In this document: positions 1 through 8,699 of the stretch, in pieces
Layout: each line of letters opens with the position of its first letter
Position numbering within the stretch: position 1 is the stretch's first letter
DNA from: Dysgonamonadaceae bacterium
Lineage (GTDB): Bacteria > Bacteroidota > Bacteroidia > Bacteroidales > Dysgonomonadaceae
Assembly: GCA_031254645.1 (NCBI GenBank)
Contig: JAIRUA010000014.1
Span: 7,353-31,352 of the forward strand
Direction: 5' to 3'
Length of the DNA: 24,000 nucleotides
Notes under the pieces: model-generated
Seen by the model: the letters and a program-made list of their open reading frames with translations, nothing else
Databases searched by the model: none
What the model was told of the DNA's origin: nothing
Position numbers and translations under genes: made by a program

Positions 1-73
1 GAAGTAATTACGTATCAATGTGCTATAATACAAATATGTAAATAAAAAATAACCCTTTAATATAAAGTAAATT

Positions 74-295
74 ATGGAAGATGTATTAGTAAACTTTTTT
101 ACAACAGTCGCTTGGGCGATACCGGTATTAATCATTCTTGGTGTCATTGATTTAATTTTGAGAGGAATAGCTTTGTGGCATTCTGCACGGCGAGGTCAAA
201 CCGTTTGGTTTGTGTTTCTTTTCATTATCAGTAGTGTTGGCATTTTGCCGATTATTTATTTGTTGATAAATCGCGGGAAAAAGGAAAATAATTAA
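74..295 (+). CDS. small two-helix membrane protein (DUF5652-like, tentative)
   Basis: 73-aa ATG ORF with two hydrophobic helices flanking a WHSARRGQ loop. A hairpin follows at 310-342. The family name is from memory only. Confidence 0.5.
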   Translation: MEDVLVNFFTTVAWAIPVLIILGVIDLILRGIALWHSARRGQTVWFVFLFIISSVGILPIIYLLINRGKKENN

Positions 296-309
296 ATAGA
301 AACAATAGC

Positions 310-342
310 TGTTGGCAAAGACATGTTTCGTTTTTGCCAACA
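310..342. terminator. hairpin between convergent genes
   Basis: TGTTGGCAAA (310-319) and TTTGCCAACA (333-342) are perfect 10-bp inverted arms with a 13-nt loop. It lies between the stops of ORF 74-295 (+) and ORF 353-1141 (-). Confidence 0.5.
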
Positions 343-352
343 ATATATTGTA

Positions 353-1141
353 CTAATCTTGGTTTAATCCTTTTAATTGCTGATATACTTCTAACGTTCG
401 CTCTTCTCTTCTGAAATTGAGAATAACATATCTATTATCCCCATAAATGATATAAAGAAAAAGACTTTCACTTGAATTGAGTATCAGTCTTGCTTTGTGT
501 TGTAAAGATTTAGAGCCAAAATCTCCTTTTCTGATTGCCCCCGCCGCAAAACCAACTCGTGAATGAAAAGAGGGAATTGTATCGGCTAAAAAAATTATAT
601 CGACTTCCGCTATCGGGATATCCAAGCCTGATGTGCCTGTTATTCTAATATTTTCATTTTCAATTATTATTGATGATTCTTTATACGCTTTTGTCATCAT
701 TGGTATAAGTGGAATGGTAGAGAGTGCCATAATTACCACCAAGGAAATCAACCACCCTATGGGCACTTTTCCTGTCAAATAACGTCGATTGTACAATGAA
801 AAAAATCCGGCAATTGCTATCACTAATATAAATACAAAAATTGAAATCAGCATAAAATCAGGGTACATACGAGTAATCAGGTAATCGACAAAAGCAAAAC
901 CGATGAGAAAGATACCTGCTATTCTAATAGGTTTTGAAGATTTATATACCCAACGCTCAATGACTTCTGCGGTATATCTCTCTTTGATAACCAATTCGAA
1001 AGCTCTTGGGGAAAGATGGCGAATTTTTCTGAAATAAATGTCATTTCTTAATTGAGAATAAGGCTTTTTACGCATATACTCGGCACTGAAATACATTAAT
1101 ATTCCGGTAAATAAATACATTATGATAGAAAATAGAAGCAT
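353..1141 (-). CDS. multi-pass membrane protein with C-terminal bacterial PH-like domain
   Basis: 262-aa ORF with several hydrophobic helices. The C-terminal ~105 aa (IRITGTSG...YVILNFRREERTLEVYQQLKGL) aligns over its length with the 150-aa ORF at 8895-9347. Confidence 0.6.
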   Translation of the reverse strand: MLLFSIIMYLFTGILMYFSAEYMRKKPYSQLRNDIYFRKIRHLSPRAFELVIKERYTAEVIERWVYKSSKPIRIAGIFLIGFAFVDYLITRMYPDFMLISIFVFILVIAIAGFFSLYNRRYLTGKVPIGWLISLVVIMALSTIPLIPMMTKAYKESSIIIENENIRITGTSGLDIPIAEVDIIFLADTIPSFHSRVGFAAGAIRKGDFGSKSLQHKARLILNSSESLFLYIIYGDNRYVILNFRREERTLEVYQQLKGLNQD

Positions 1142-1155
1142 TGCATTTTTTCTTA

Positions 1156-1163
1156 CAAAGATA
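1156..1163 (-). promoter_or_regulatory. putative Bacteroidetes -7 box TATCTTTG
   Basis: The plus strand reads CAAAGATA, which is TATCTTTG on the minus strand. It sits 14 nt upstream of the ATG at 1141. Confidence 0.4.
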
Positions 1164-1196
1164 AACGAAATATCACAAAATCACAAAAATTATATC

Positions 1197-1204
1197 TATA
1201 TTTG
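1197..1204 (+). promoter_or_regulatory. putative Bacteroidetes -7 box TATATTTG
   Basis: Matches TAnnTTTG, 24 nt upstream of the ATG at 1229. Confidence 0.4.
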
Positions 1205-1228
1205 CAAAAAAAGCAAAGCCAAATCATT

Positions 1229-2308
1229 ATGCAAAAAATAATCTTACTCATTCTCACAATCTTCCTGTCGCTATCCGTTTTCGCACAGGCGATTATTTTG
1301 GAAGAAGCTATCGTATTGAACACAAATTCGGGTGATATTCACGGTACGTTAAGAAATCCGGCGACAGAAAGCGAAACCGCTCCCATTGTGTTGATTATTG
1401 CCGGCTCCGGACCTACCGACCGCAACGGAAATAATCCGCAAATGCAAAATAATTCGTTGAAAATGTTGTCCGAAGCACTTTATCAAAACGGAATCGCCTC
1501 GCTCGCTTTCGATAAAAGAGGAATCGGCGAAAGCGCAAGCAGTATGATAGCAGAGACAGATTTGCGTTTCGAAGACTATATCAACGATGTGCGCGAATGG
1601 ATTAATCTGCTATCCAACGACAAACGGTTTTCGGAAGTCATTGTTGCCGGACATAGCAAAGGCTCACTAATCGGAATGATTGCCGCGCAAAACAATACAA
1701 ATATATCAAAATTTATTTCTATTTCGGGCGTGGGCGAACCCGCCGGAAATATTTTGAAAGAGCAATTAACCACACAATTGGCAGGACAACCGCAAACGAT
1801 AAAAGATATGATTTTCGGATACATCGACAAATTAGAAAATGGTGAAACAATTGATGATGTGCCGCAAATGCTGTACTCATTATTTCGTCCAAGCGTGCAA
1901 CCGTATATGATTTCGTGGTTTAAGTACAATCCGCAGACAGAAATCGGAAAATTAAACATTCCTATTTTAATTTTACAAGGAACAACCGATATTCAAGTTT
2001 CGGCGACACAAGCCGAATTATTGTCAAAAGCGCAACCGAACGCACAGAAAGTGATTATCGAGAATATGAATCATGTGCTAAAAGATAGCGAAAGTACAGA
2101 TATGATGACTCAGTTTGCAACCACTTATAACAATCCTAATTTGCCGATAAATAGAGAATTGATTGAGAAAATTGTTGGGTTTGTTAAGCGTCATCTGCGT
2201 GCTGAAAATTACTTTCCCCCCACACAAATTACAAATTCCCCCTTCGGCTCATTTTCGGTAAAATGCACTACCAATTCCAACAATGTTCCTCTCACGGTTT
2301 CGGCGTAA
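1229..2308 (+). CDS. secreted alpha/beta hydrolase
   Basis: Signal peptide MQKIILLILTIFLSLSVFAQA. Nucleophile elbow GHSKGS, and a C-terminal NHVL histidine region. The ATG at 1229 is preferred over the TTG at 1202. The last ~33 codons run antisense into rsmI. Confidence 0.75.
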   Translation: MQKIILLILTIFLSLSVFAQAIILEEAIVLNTNSGDIHGTLRNPATESETAPIVLIIAGSGPTDRNGNNPQMQNNSLKMLSEALYQNGIASLAFDKRGIGESASSMIAETDLRFEDYINDVREWINLLSNDKRFSEVIVAGHSKGSLIGMIAAQNNTNISKFISISGVGEPAGNILKEQLTTQLAGQPQTIKDMIFGYIDKLENGETIDDVPQMLYSLFRPSVQPYMISWFKYNPQTEIGKLNIPILILQGTTDIQVSATQAELLSKAQPNAQKVIIENMNHVLKDSESTDMMTQFATTYNNPNLPINRELIEKIVGFVKRHLRAENYFPPTQITNSPFGSFSVKCTTNSNNVPLTVSA

Positions 2309-2877
2309 AACTTTGATATTTCGCGTGATACGGAAGCAGGTCTATCATCGTCCAAATATTCAGCAAGTTGTGTGAGTGTTTTTACAACTCGATAAGGCGA
2401 TTCATAGAAAACCATTGTGCGCGATTCTTCTGCCAGTTCTTTTAACCGAGTTTGACGACCTTTTTTCTGTGGTAGAAATCCTTCGAAACAAAATCTATCA
2501 TTCGGCAATCCCGATTCTACCAACGCCGGCACAAAAGCCGTTGCACCGGGTAAACATTCTACCGTCACTCCGGCTTGTATGCATGCTCTGACGAGCAAAA
2601 AACCGGGGTCAGAAATAGCAGGCGTGCCCGCATCGGAAATCAATGCGATGTTTTCGCCCGCTTTCAATCTTTCTACCACATGCGTGGCAGTTTGATGTTC
2701 GTTGAATTTATGGTGCGATTGCATTCGGGCTTCAACGGCAAGATGTTTCAGCAAAAAACCGCTTGTTCGCGTGTCTTCCGCCAAAATTAAATCGCACAAT
2801 TTCAACACATTGATTGCTCGCAATGTGATATCTTCCAAATTGCCGACAGGAGTGGGTACGATGTATAATTTTCCCAT
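2209..2877 (-). CDS. rsmI: 16S rRNA (cytidine1402-2'-O)-methyltransferase RsmI
   Basis: N-terminus MGKLYIVPTPVGNLEDITLRAINVL..ILAEDTR and the SDAGTPAISDPG motif are typical of RsmI tetrapyrrole-methylase-fold proteins. Confidence 0.9.
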   Translation of the reverse strand: MGKLYIVPTPVGNLEDITLRAINVLKLCDLILAEDTRTSGFLLKHLAVEARMQSHHKFNEHQTATHVVERLKAGENIALISDAGTPAISDPGFLLVRACIQAGVTVECLPGATAFVPALVESGLPNDRFCFEGFLPQKKGRQTRLKELAEESRTMVFYESPYRVVKTLTQLAEYLDDDRPASVSREISKFYAETVRGTLLELVVHFTENEPKGEFVICVGGK

Positions 2878-2879
2878 AA

Positions 2880-2982
2880 TATGATTTTAGATTGACGATT
2901 GACGATTGACGATTGATGCTTCGACTCCGCTCAACAACCGCTTAACGTCCAAGAAATCTAAAGCCGTAAATCTAAAATCATA
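2880..2982 (-). repeat. spacer-filling inverted repeat enclosing a GATTGAC heptamer array
   Basis: 14-bp perfect arms (2880-2893 and 2969-2982). The interior carries GATTGAC x4 (2890-2917). Confidence 0.6.
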
Positions 2983-2984
2983 AA

Positions 2985-3773
2985 TCATTTGAATCCTTTT
3001 TGAATAGCAGTCAAAAAATCCATTACCGTTTGATTCTCAAAATCCCACGACATATTTTCTCTTAAAAATCGCTCAGCATCATTGTAATTGTTGAACGAAT
3101 TGAGCTGTTGAATCATATTATTCATCTCATCACGGTTATTATTAAACAATTCGCGTTGAAACAGAAAGCGATCGTTGAGGCTAATACCGTGCTTCAAATC
3201 AATGGCGGCAGGTGCTTTCTGAATGGTATCGTTCAATGAACGAGATGTAGCTTTCGTTTCCTCTACAAGTTCTTCAATGACGGGATTAGTCACTACTTCA
3301 ACCACAGGTTCGGGCATCGTTTCGATAATAGGAGGCAATGGTGGTAGCGAAACATTTTCAACTTTGCGCGGATTTTTGTATTCCGGTAAAACAAATTTTT
3401 CCATCATTTCTTCCGGTATCGGTGTCTCTTGCAAATGCGTTTTGGGTTGCTCTGTTTCATTTTTTTCGGTCAGAATCGTTTCTTCCGCAGGAATTTCAGC
3501 AATGACTTCTTCCTTAACGACTTCTTCTTCCTTTTTGCGACTTGCCGATTCGGAAAGAAACGAAACCAAACGTTCCATTTGATGTTTCATATCCTCAATT
3601 TGCAACGTTTCCATTTCGTGAAACAAGCGCATTATTCCTTGCGTTTTATCAAACGATTCGCGAAAAAACGAAAATGACATGGTGTCTTCGTTTTTAATCG
3701 TCAAAACGCGACTTTCGAGTGCTTTCAATTCTTGAAGCAAGCGGTCGATATATTCTTTTCTTTTGTCTAACAT
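2985..3773 (-). CDS. hypothetical protein: coiled-coil N-terminus, E/P-rich linker, conserved-looking C-terminal domain
   Basis: 262-aa ATG ORF. The antisense ORFs are compositionally implausible. I recognise no family. Confidence 0.55.
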   Translation of the reverse strand: MLDKRKEYIDRLLQELKALESRVLTIKNEDTMSFSFFRESFDKTQGIMRLFHEMETLQIEDMKHQMERLVSFLSESASRKKEEEVVKEEVIAEIPAEETILTEKNETEQPKTHLQETPIPEEMMEKFVLPEYKNPRKVENVSLPPLPPIIETMPEPVVEVVTNPVIEELVEETKATSRSLNDTIQKAPAAIDLKHGISLNDRFLFQRELFNNNRDEMNNMIQQLNSFNNYNDAERFLRENMSWDFENQTVMDFLTAIQKGFK

Positions 3774-3814
3774 TCTGTATTTTGTTTTATCGCATTACGA
3801 TTCTATTTATTCAA

Positions 3815-4126
3815 TCAAAACATTGCCGTCATCTTACGTATTTCTGCCAAACGTCCGGCAAAACTTTTATCTTGTCTTACAATCTGCATATTGTATTTCA
3901 ATTGCATTCGCATTAGCATATCGGCATTTATCCCCAATGCAGCCTCAAAAAGCAAGGCTGAATTGGCAGTAAGCGGTCGTCTTTGATTCAAAATATCGTT
4001 TAATGCCGTGTAAGGAATACCCATTTTTTTTGCCAAAGAACTTTGCGAAAGTTTGCGATAGTCAATTTCTTCTTTTAATAGTTCGCCCGGATGCGTTGGG
4101 CAAAAGCCATATCCTAAATTACCCAT
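3815..4126 (-). CDS. higA: HigA-family antitoxin (XRE-type HTH)
   Basis: HPGELLKEE...LSQSSLAKKMGIPYTALNDILNQRRPLTANSALLFEAALG is the HigA/VapI HTH pattern. It lies 7 nt downstream of the toxin gene. Confidence 0.85.
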   Translation of the reverse strand: MGNLGYGFCPTHPGELLKEEIDYRKLSQSSLAKKMGIPYTALNDILNQRRPLTANSALLFEAALGINADMLMRMQLKYNMQIVRQDKSFAGRLAEIRKMTAMF

Positions 4127-4133
4127 ATTTTCC

Positions 4134-4451
4134 TTATTTATAATGGTTTGACAATTCTAAAATATTGCATATTGTTACAACCGTTTCCGATTCAACTTTG
4201 TTTACCGTAAACTCTATACGATATTGGTCGTTCACTCGAATGGAAGATATACCTTTCTTATCGCCTTTCAAAACTTCATAATGAAGAGAATTGATTGGAT
4301 ATAAATCTTCAATACCAACAGCACTTTCAAGCGTTTCGATACGTAACCTGTACCGTTTTATGATGTCGGGTTGAAAACGATGTTTTTTATCTGCCGTTTT
4401 ACCTTTGTAATAGAGGTCGGACAGGTATTTTTTTTCAAAAACAATTTCCAT
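4134..4451 (-). CDS. higB: HigB-like toxin (RelE/ParE superfamily, plasmid maintenance killer type)
   Basis: 105 aa, positioned upstream of higA (the HigBA gene order). Shows the SIRVNDQYRIEF core typical of HigB/killer proteins. Confidence 0.8.
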   Translation of the reverse strand: MEIVFEKKYLSDLYYKGKTADKKHRFQPDIIKRYRLRIETLESAVGIEDLYPINSLHYEVLKGDKKGISSIRVNDQYRIEFTVNKVESETVVTICNILELSNHYK

Positions 4452-4470
4452 ATCTTATCATTTTCAAGAA

Positions 4471-4478
4471 CAAAGGTA
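4471..4478 (-). promoter_or_regulatory. putative -7 box TACCTTTG for higBA
   Basis: The plus strand reads CAAAGGTA. It sits 19 nt upstream of the higB ATG at 4451. Confidence 0.4.
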
Positions 4479-4550
4479 AATAGTTTTTTTGAGAATACAC
4501 AAAAAAAGTGGATATTTCTGTCTAACAATTCAAACAAACTGTTTAAGTCT

Positions 4551-5969
4551 TCATTCTTTTCCTACAAAATCCTGTGGCAAATTCACCAAATACAACATCT
4601 TCGAACACCTCGTAACAGCCGTGTAAAGCCAACGATAAAACCCCTCACTCATATACGATTTGTCAACATAACCCAAATCCAAAAACACATTTGCCCATTC
4701 CCCACCCTGCGCTTTGTGGCACGTAACGGCATATCCATACTTCACTTGCAAAGCGTTGAAATAGGGATTTTTTTTCATCGCTTTGTATTGTTCGCGCTTG
4801 TTTCCAATATCTAAATAATCTTCCATTACGGCGGCAAAAAAGCGTTCGTTTTGTTCGTAAGTCAATCCTGAAGATTCGGAATGTAATACATCGAGCAGGA
4901 TTTTGGCTTCAAATTCGATGTCGTAATCGCGATGATACAATAATACATTACAAAAACGAAAACCATACATCTCTTCCTCGCCGCGCACGCGATTTACTTC
5001 CACAAATTCGCCGTTGGCAAGGAAATCGAAGTTTTCAAAATTTTCGACCCAAAAGTAATTGTTTTTCGTAATCATCAATAAATCGCCCTTCGTAAGCTCC
5101 TCTTCACGATAAAGCACCGTGTTGCGGATACCGGTATTATAAGCATTCACACGCTTGTTGGAACGCGAAATAACAATCGTTTCTTCGATTCCGTTGCGCC
5201 GATACGCATCGGAAATTTCTTCGATTAATTCCGTACCGCTTATGCGTTTTATATCGAGGAAAATATCGGCTTGCAGCTTCGGATAATCTGTTGTGGCGTT
5301 GTTTCGCAGCATATTTCGCAACATTGTAGCATTGGTCAAAATACCCGATTCTTCTGCCTGTCGCACAATTTCCGTGAGTGTGGCTTCTACCACCTGCAAG
5401 AAGTAGGAGCGTAACACATTTTCATCAAGTGCAGGCGAATTTTCCTGTTTCACAGGCGGCAGCTGCGCCGTATCGCCAATGAGCAACATTCGGCAACCTT
5501 CACCCGAATAGACATATTCTATCAAATCATCGAGCAATCGCCCCGAACCGAAAATAGAAAATTCGCCCGCATCGTTGCTAATCATCGATGCTTCATCTAT
5601 TATAAATAATGTATGTTTATGCAAATTGTCTGTCAGCGAAAACGAGCCTTCGCCCCCTTGTTTGCTTTGGCGATAAATCTTTTTGTGAATCGTGAATGCC
5701 GGGTGTGCAGCATAACCCGAAAAAACTTTCGCCGCCCGACCTGTTGGGGCAAGCAGCACGGTTTTTTGTTTGAAAGAAGTCATCGTTTTTACCAAACTGC
5801 CGATGAGCGAAGATTTACCTGTTCCGGCATATCCTTTTAATAGAAAAATTAAATCTCTATCTGTCGAAAAAAGAAATTCAGCGATTTTTTCCAAAGCAAA
5901 ACTTTGGTCATTTGTGGGCATAAACGGGAAATTTTCCCTTATTTTCTCGACTAAGAAGCGATTTACCAT
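4551..5969 (-). CDS. RecD/Dda-like SF1 DNA helicase (AAA_30 + UvrD_C_2 type)
   Basis: Walker A GYAGTGKSS, Walker B LFIIDEASM, LIGDTAQLPPV, and C-terminal VTCHKAQGGEW. The ATG at 5969 (MVNRFLVEKI) is preferred over 6005. Confidence 0.85.
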   Translation of the reverse strand: MVNRFLVEKIRENFPFMPTNDQSFALEKIAEFLFSTDRDLIFLLKGYAGTGKSSLIGSLVKTMTSFKQKTVLLAPTGRAAKVFSGYAAHPAFTIHKKIYRQSKQGGEGSFSLTDNLHKHTLFIIDEASMISNDAGEFSIFGSGRLLDDLIEYVYSGEGCRMLLIGDTAQLPPVKQENSPALDENVLRSYFLQVVEATLTEIVRQAEESGILTNATMLRNMLRNNATTDYPKLQADIFLDIKRISGTELIEEISDAYRRNGIEETIVISRSNKRVNAYNTGIRNTVLYREEELTKGDLLMITKNNYFWVENFENFDFLANGEFVEVNRVRGEEEMYGFRFCNVLLYHRDYDIEFEAKILLDVLHSESSGLTYEQNERFFAAVMEDYLDIGNKREQYKAMKKNPYFNALQVKYGYAVTCHKAQGGEWANVFLDLGYVDKSYMSEGFYRWLYTAVTRCSKMLYLVNLPQDFVGKE

Positions 5970-6162
5970 ATTTTTTCGATAATTTTTGCCGTAAAAGTAG
6001 TACAATTATTATTCTTTTTCTAAATTTGTAGTCTAAAATAAATATTGACACTTCTAAAAATTCAAAAATTGGGTTTTGCAACAAAGACAAACGTTGTTTT
6101 TTGGTTTTCGGAAGTATTGAGAATAAAAAAATTAGGTAATAATATAAATATTAAAAAGCCCC

Positions 6163-6864
6163 ATGAAATTTGTATTTAGATTGCTATTATTAGCAGCAAC
6201 ATGTCTTTTAGTGTATCTTTGTTATAAGAGCATTATCGGCAACATCGAGTTCGACAGAGAGTCCGGAATTCGCGACAGAGCAGTTATTCAACGTTTGGTT
6301 GATATTCGTACGGCACAAGTGGCTTTTCGAAGTAGAACAGGCTCATTCACTAATGATTTCGCTACTCTTACAGACTTCGTAAAAAATGGTCAAATGGCTA
6401 CCGTTCGTAGAGTTGGCGAGCTTACCGAAGCCCAATTGGAAGATGGAATGACGGAAGCACGTGCAATGGAAATCATTCGTAGAGGAAACGAAAGAGAAAT
6501 CCGAACAGCAGGTCTTTGGAATGAAAGAGCCAATGCTCCGCAGTTGGAAAGAGACTCTATTTTTACGTCTGCGCGTGAAGTGTTGTTCCCCAGTCGTCCG
6601 AATTTTTCGCCCGATTCGTTGGCATATGTTCCTTTCGGACGAGGTGTAAGATTCGAATTGGCTGTTGACACTATTTGGACTCAAGCAGGTCCACTGCAAG
6701 TGTTCCAAGCACAAACGCCATACGAAACGTATTTAAGCGATCTCGACGGCAGACTACTTCTACAAAAAATCCAATCACAGCTTGATCGTCCCGGCGAACG
6801 TTATGCAGGTATGCGAGTAGGCTCGTTGACGCAAGTAGTTAATAACGCCGGAAACTGGGAATAA
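6163..6864 (+). CDS. hypothetical N-terminally membrane-anchored protein
   Basis: 233-aa ATG ORF with an N-terminal hydrophobic helix (LLLLAATCLLVYLCY). I recognise no family. Confidence 0.55.
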   Translation: MKFVFRLLLLAATCLLVYLCYKSIIGNIEFDRESGIRDRAVIQRLVDIRTAQVAFRSRTGSFTNDFATLTDFVKNGQMATVRRVGELTEAQLEDGMTEARAMEIIRRGNEREIRTAGLWNERANAPQLERDSIFTSAREVLFPSRPNFSPDSLAYVPFGRGVRFELAVDTIWTQAGPLQVFQAQTPYETYLSDLDGRLLLQKIQSQLDRPGERYAGMRVGSLTQVVNNAGNWE

Positions 6865-6871
6865 ATTTTGC

Positions 6872-6951
6872 TGTTGATTTGATTATTTGTTGATTTGATT
6901 ATCTGTTGCCTGTAACGGGCGATAACAAATCAACAAATAATCAAATCAACA
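6872..6951 (+). repeat. long intercistronic hairpin with a 25-bp perfect stem
   Basis: 6872-6896 is the exact reverse complement of 6927-6951. Each arm is two tandem 16-mers. It starts 8 nt after the stop at 6864 and ends 14 nt before the ATG at 6966. Confidence 0.8.
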
Positions 6952-6965
6952 AATAATCAAACACT

Positions 6966-7778
6966 ATGTTTTTACCGGAAAATATTGATTTAGCTCATTC
7001 GGAAAAATACAACTTATCCATTCGGGTCGCACCGAATGGATTTTCTTTTTGTATTTATTATCCGAATGATGCTTCTGTATTTCATTTTCAAGAAACATCG
7101 TTGAGTAACAAGTTATCGCAAGTTGATAACGTAAAAAAAATGATTTTCGACTTCGGTTTTTTCAGCCAGCCATTCAAAGAAACTATTGTAACCATTGTGT
7201 CGCCTGACTATACTTTAGTACCCGATACTTTTTTTGATAAGAAACGAGCGAATGAGTTGTTTGAATTTAATTTTCACAAAATTGCGAACATCGTACTTTC
7301 AAACAAATCAGAGGCTGGTGATTATCACACTGTTTTCAATATTGATGAAACGCTTCATTCGTTTTTATCGCGACACCTTTGGAATCCGAAATTTCAGCAT
7401 CAAATAACACCACTGTTGGAATTTTTCGAAAACTATGACTCCGACAAAAGAAAGAATCGTTGTTTTGTAGATCTCGATGACAAAAATATTTCCATTATTT
7501 GTTTTTCGGCGGAAAACAAATTACTTTCGGCAAATACATTTCCGATAACTAATGCGCACGATGTATCGTATTTCGTAGCGAGTATTTGGGAAAAATGGCA
7601 ATTCGACCAAACCAAAGACGTGTTATATTTTTCGGGAAATACGGAATGGTACAAATCGGATATTCTGAAAAAACTAATCAAAAATGTAGAAATCGTCAAA
7701 TTGGAGTCAAAAGTGTTGCTTGATGAAAAGCAAAAGAAAGCGATTCCGACGGATGTACTTGTCCTTTTATGCGAATAA
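6966..7778 (+). CDS. DUF3822-family protein
   Basis: 270 aa. N-terminus ...YNLSIRVAPNGFSFCIY. It overlaps the rsmD start, a pairing I recall as conserved in Bacteroidetes. Confidence 0.65.
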   Translation: MFLPENIDLAHSEKYNLSIRVAPNGFSFCIYYPNDASVFHFQETSLSNKLSQVDNVKKMIFDFGFFSQPFKETIVTIVSPDYTLVPDTFFDKKRANELFEFNFHKIANIVLSNKSEAGDYHTVFNIDETLHSFLSRHLWNPKFQHQITPLLEFFENYDSDKRKNRCFVDLDDKNISIICFSAENKLLSANTFPITNAHDVSYFVASIWEKWQFDQTKDVLYFSGNTEWYKSDILKKLIKNVEIVKLESKVLLDEKQKKAIPTDVLVLLCE

Positions 7779-8302
7779 TCAGCGGAAAATATAAATCTAG
7801 AAGAATACAAGTCCCCACGAACTTGAAAGCGCGTCCTACAACGGATTTCGCGAAAGAAAACTTGTTCAATGTTCTCAACAACCGGATTGATTGGGAAGAA
7901 ACCTCCGCACTTGACCTTTTTTCGGGAACGGGAAGTATTGCTTTGGAGCTTGTATCAAGAGGTTGTCCATACGTGGTAAGTGTAGAAATAAATGCGCAAC
8001 ATTACGGTTTTATCTGCAAGGCACAGGACACATTAGGAGCAAAAGAATTGTTCCCCATAAAAGCCGATGTATTCAAATATCTAAAATCGACGCAGCAGAA
8101 ATTCGATTTTATCTTTGCCGATCCACCATACGACTTACATGATGCAGCAAAAGTGCCCAAAATCATTCTCGAAAAACAACTGGTAAAAGAAGGCGGTATA
8201 TTTATAATGGAACATTCAAAAAATCACAACTTCTCTACTCTACCCCATTTTAGTGAGGAACGCGTATATGGAAGTGTGCATTTTTCGATTTTTGAGTTTT
8301 GA
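7769..8302 (+). CDS. rsmD: 16S rRNA (guanine966-N2)-methyltransferase RsmD
   Basis: MRIISGKYKSRRI..., RPTTDFAKENLFN, SAM motif DLFSGTGSIALE, and catalytic DPPY. Confidence 0.9.
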   Translation: MRIISGKYKSRRIQVPTNLKARPTTDFAKENLFNVLNNRIDWEETSALDLFSGTGSIALELVSRGCPYVVSVEINAQHYGFICKAQDTLGAKELFPIKADVFKYLKSTQQKFDFIFADPPYDLHDAAKVPKIILEKQLVKEGGIFIMEHSKNHNFSTLPHFSEERVYGSVHFSIFEF

Positions 8303-8396
8303 GTTATACCTTTTATCTTAATAAAACACCTGTTTCTTATTTTTATACATAAAAGGTCGTTCTACATACAAACAACCAGTAGACAAAAAACTTGTA

Positions 8397-8699
8397 TCAA
8401 ATATCCCAATCCCAAAAACGCCACACGTCTTTTTTAACAGGAGCATTAATTCTAATGTGTGGCTTGATAACTTTCAACGTATCAAAAAATTCCTGTTCCC
8501 TGACAGGCGAAATCAACATACCTGAATATTTCTTACTTCTTCCTCTAAATGTAATTTCCAATCTTTTAAGAGAAGCAGCACAAGATGAAATAGGATTATA
8601 CGAACGCCTTATTGAAACAATATCCCAGATATCAACACTTCCGGTTGTCCAACCGAGCATTCTAAAATATAGTTTCCTTCCTTTTATTATATAACTCAT
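8397..8699 (-). CDS. small bacterial PH-domain-like protein
   Basis: The ATG at 8699 overlaps the stop of the upstream 54-aa ORF (ATGA). The core SIRRSYNPISSCAASLKRLEITF resembles bacterial PH-domain proteins. The track ORF begins at a TTG at 8714. Confidence 0.55.
   Translation of the reverse strand: MSYIIKGRKLYFRMLGWTTGSVDIWDIVSIRRSYNPISSCAASLKRLEITFRGRSKKYSGMLISPVREQEFFDTLKVIKPHIRINAPVKKDVWRFWDWDI

Noticed and set aside
2890-2917. Short tandem arrays considered as a possible CRISPR or minisatellite (also 10571-10621, 16026-16057 and 23265-23296)
   Set aside because: The units are only 7-8 nt with no spacers, there are only 3-6 copies, and there are no cas genes. This is not CRISPR architecture.
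3815-5969. RecD-like helicase plus higBA considered as a combined defense module
   Set aside because: The helicase has the length and motifs of the widespread housekeeping-type SF1 helicase, has no nuclease or sensor partner, and is separated from higBA by the TA promoter. There is no sequence evidence of a functional link.
6021-6162. Long (~135 nt) putative 5' leader between a TAAATTTG box and the ATG at 6163, considered as a riboswitch or sRNA
   Set aside because: I could find only a weak 5-bp stem followed by a T-run and no recognisable riboswitch core. The promoter assignment is itself uncertain.
8392-8694. 100-aa plus-strand ORF with a TTG start
   Set aside because: It mirrors the minus-strand PH-like gene. 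That gene has an ATGA-coupled start, a paralogous context and a domain-like sequence, and the plus-strand product has none of these.
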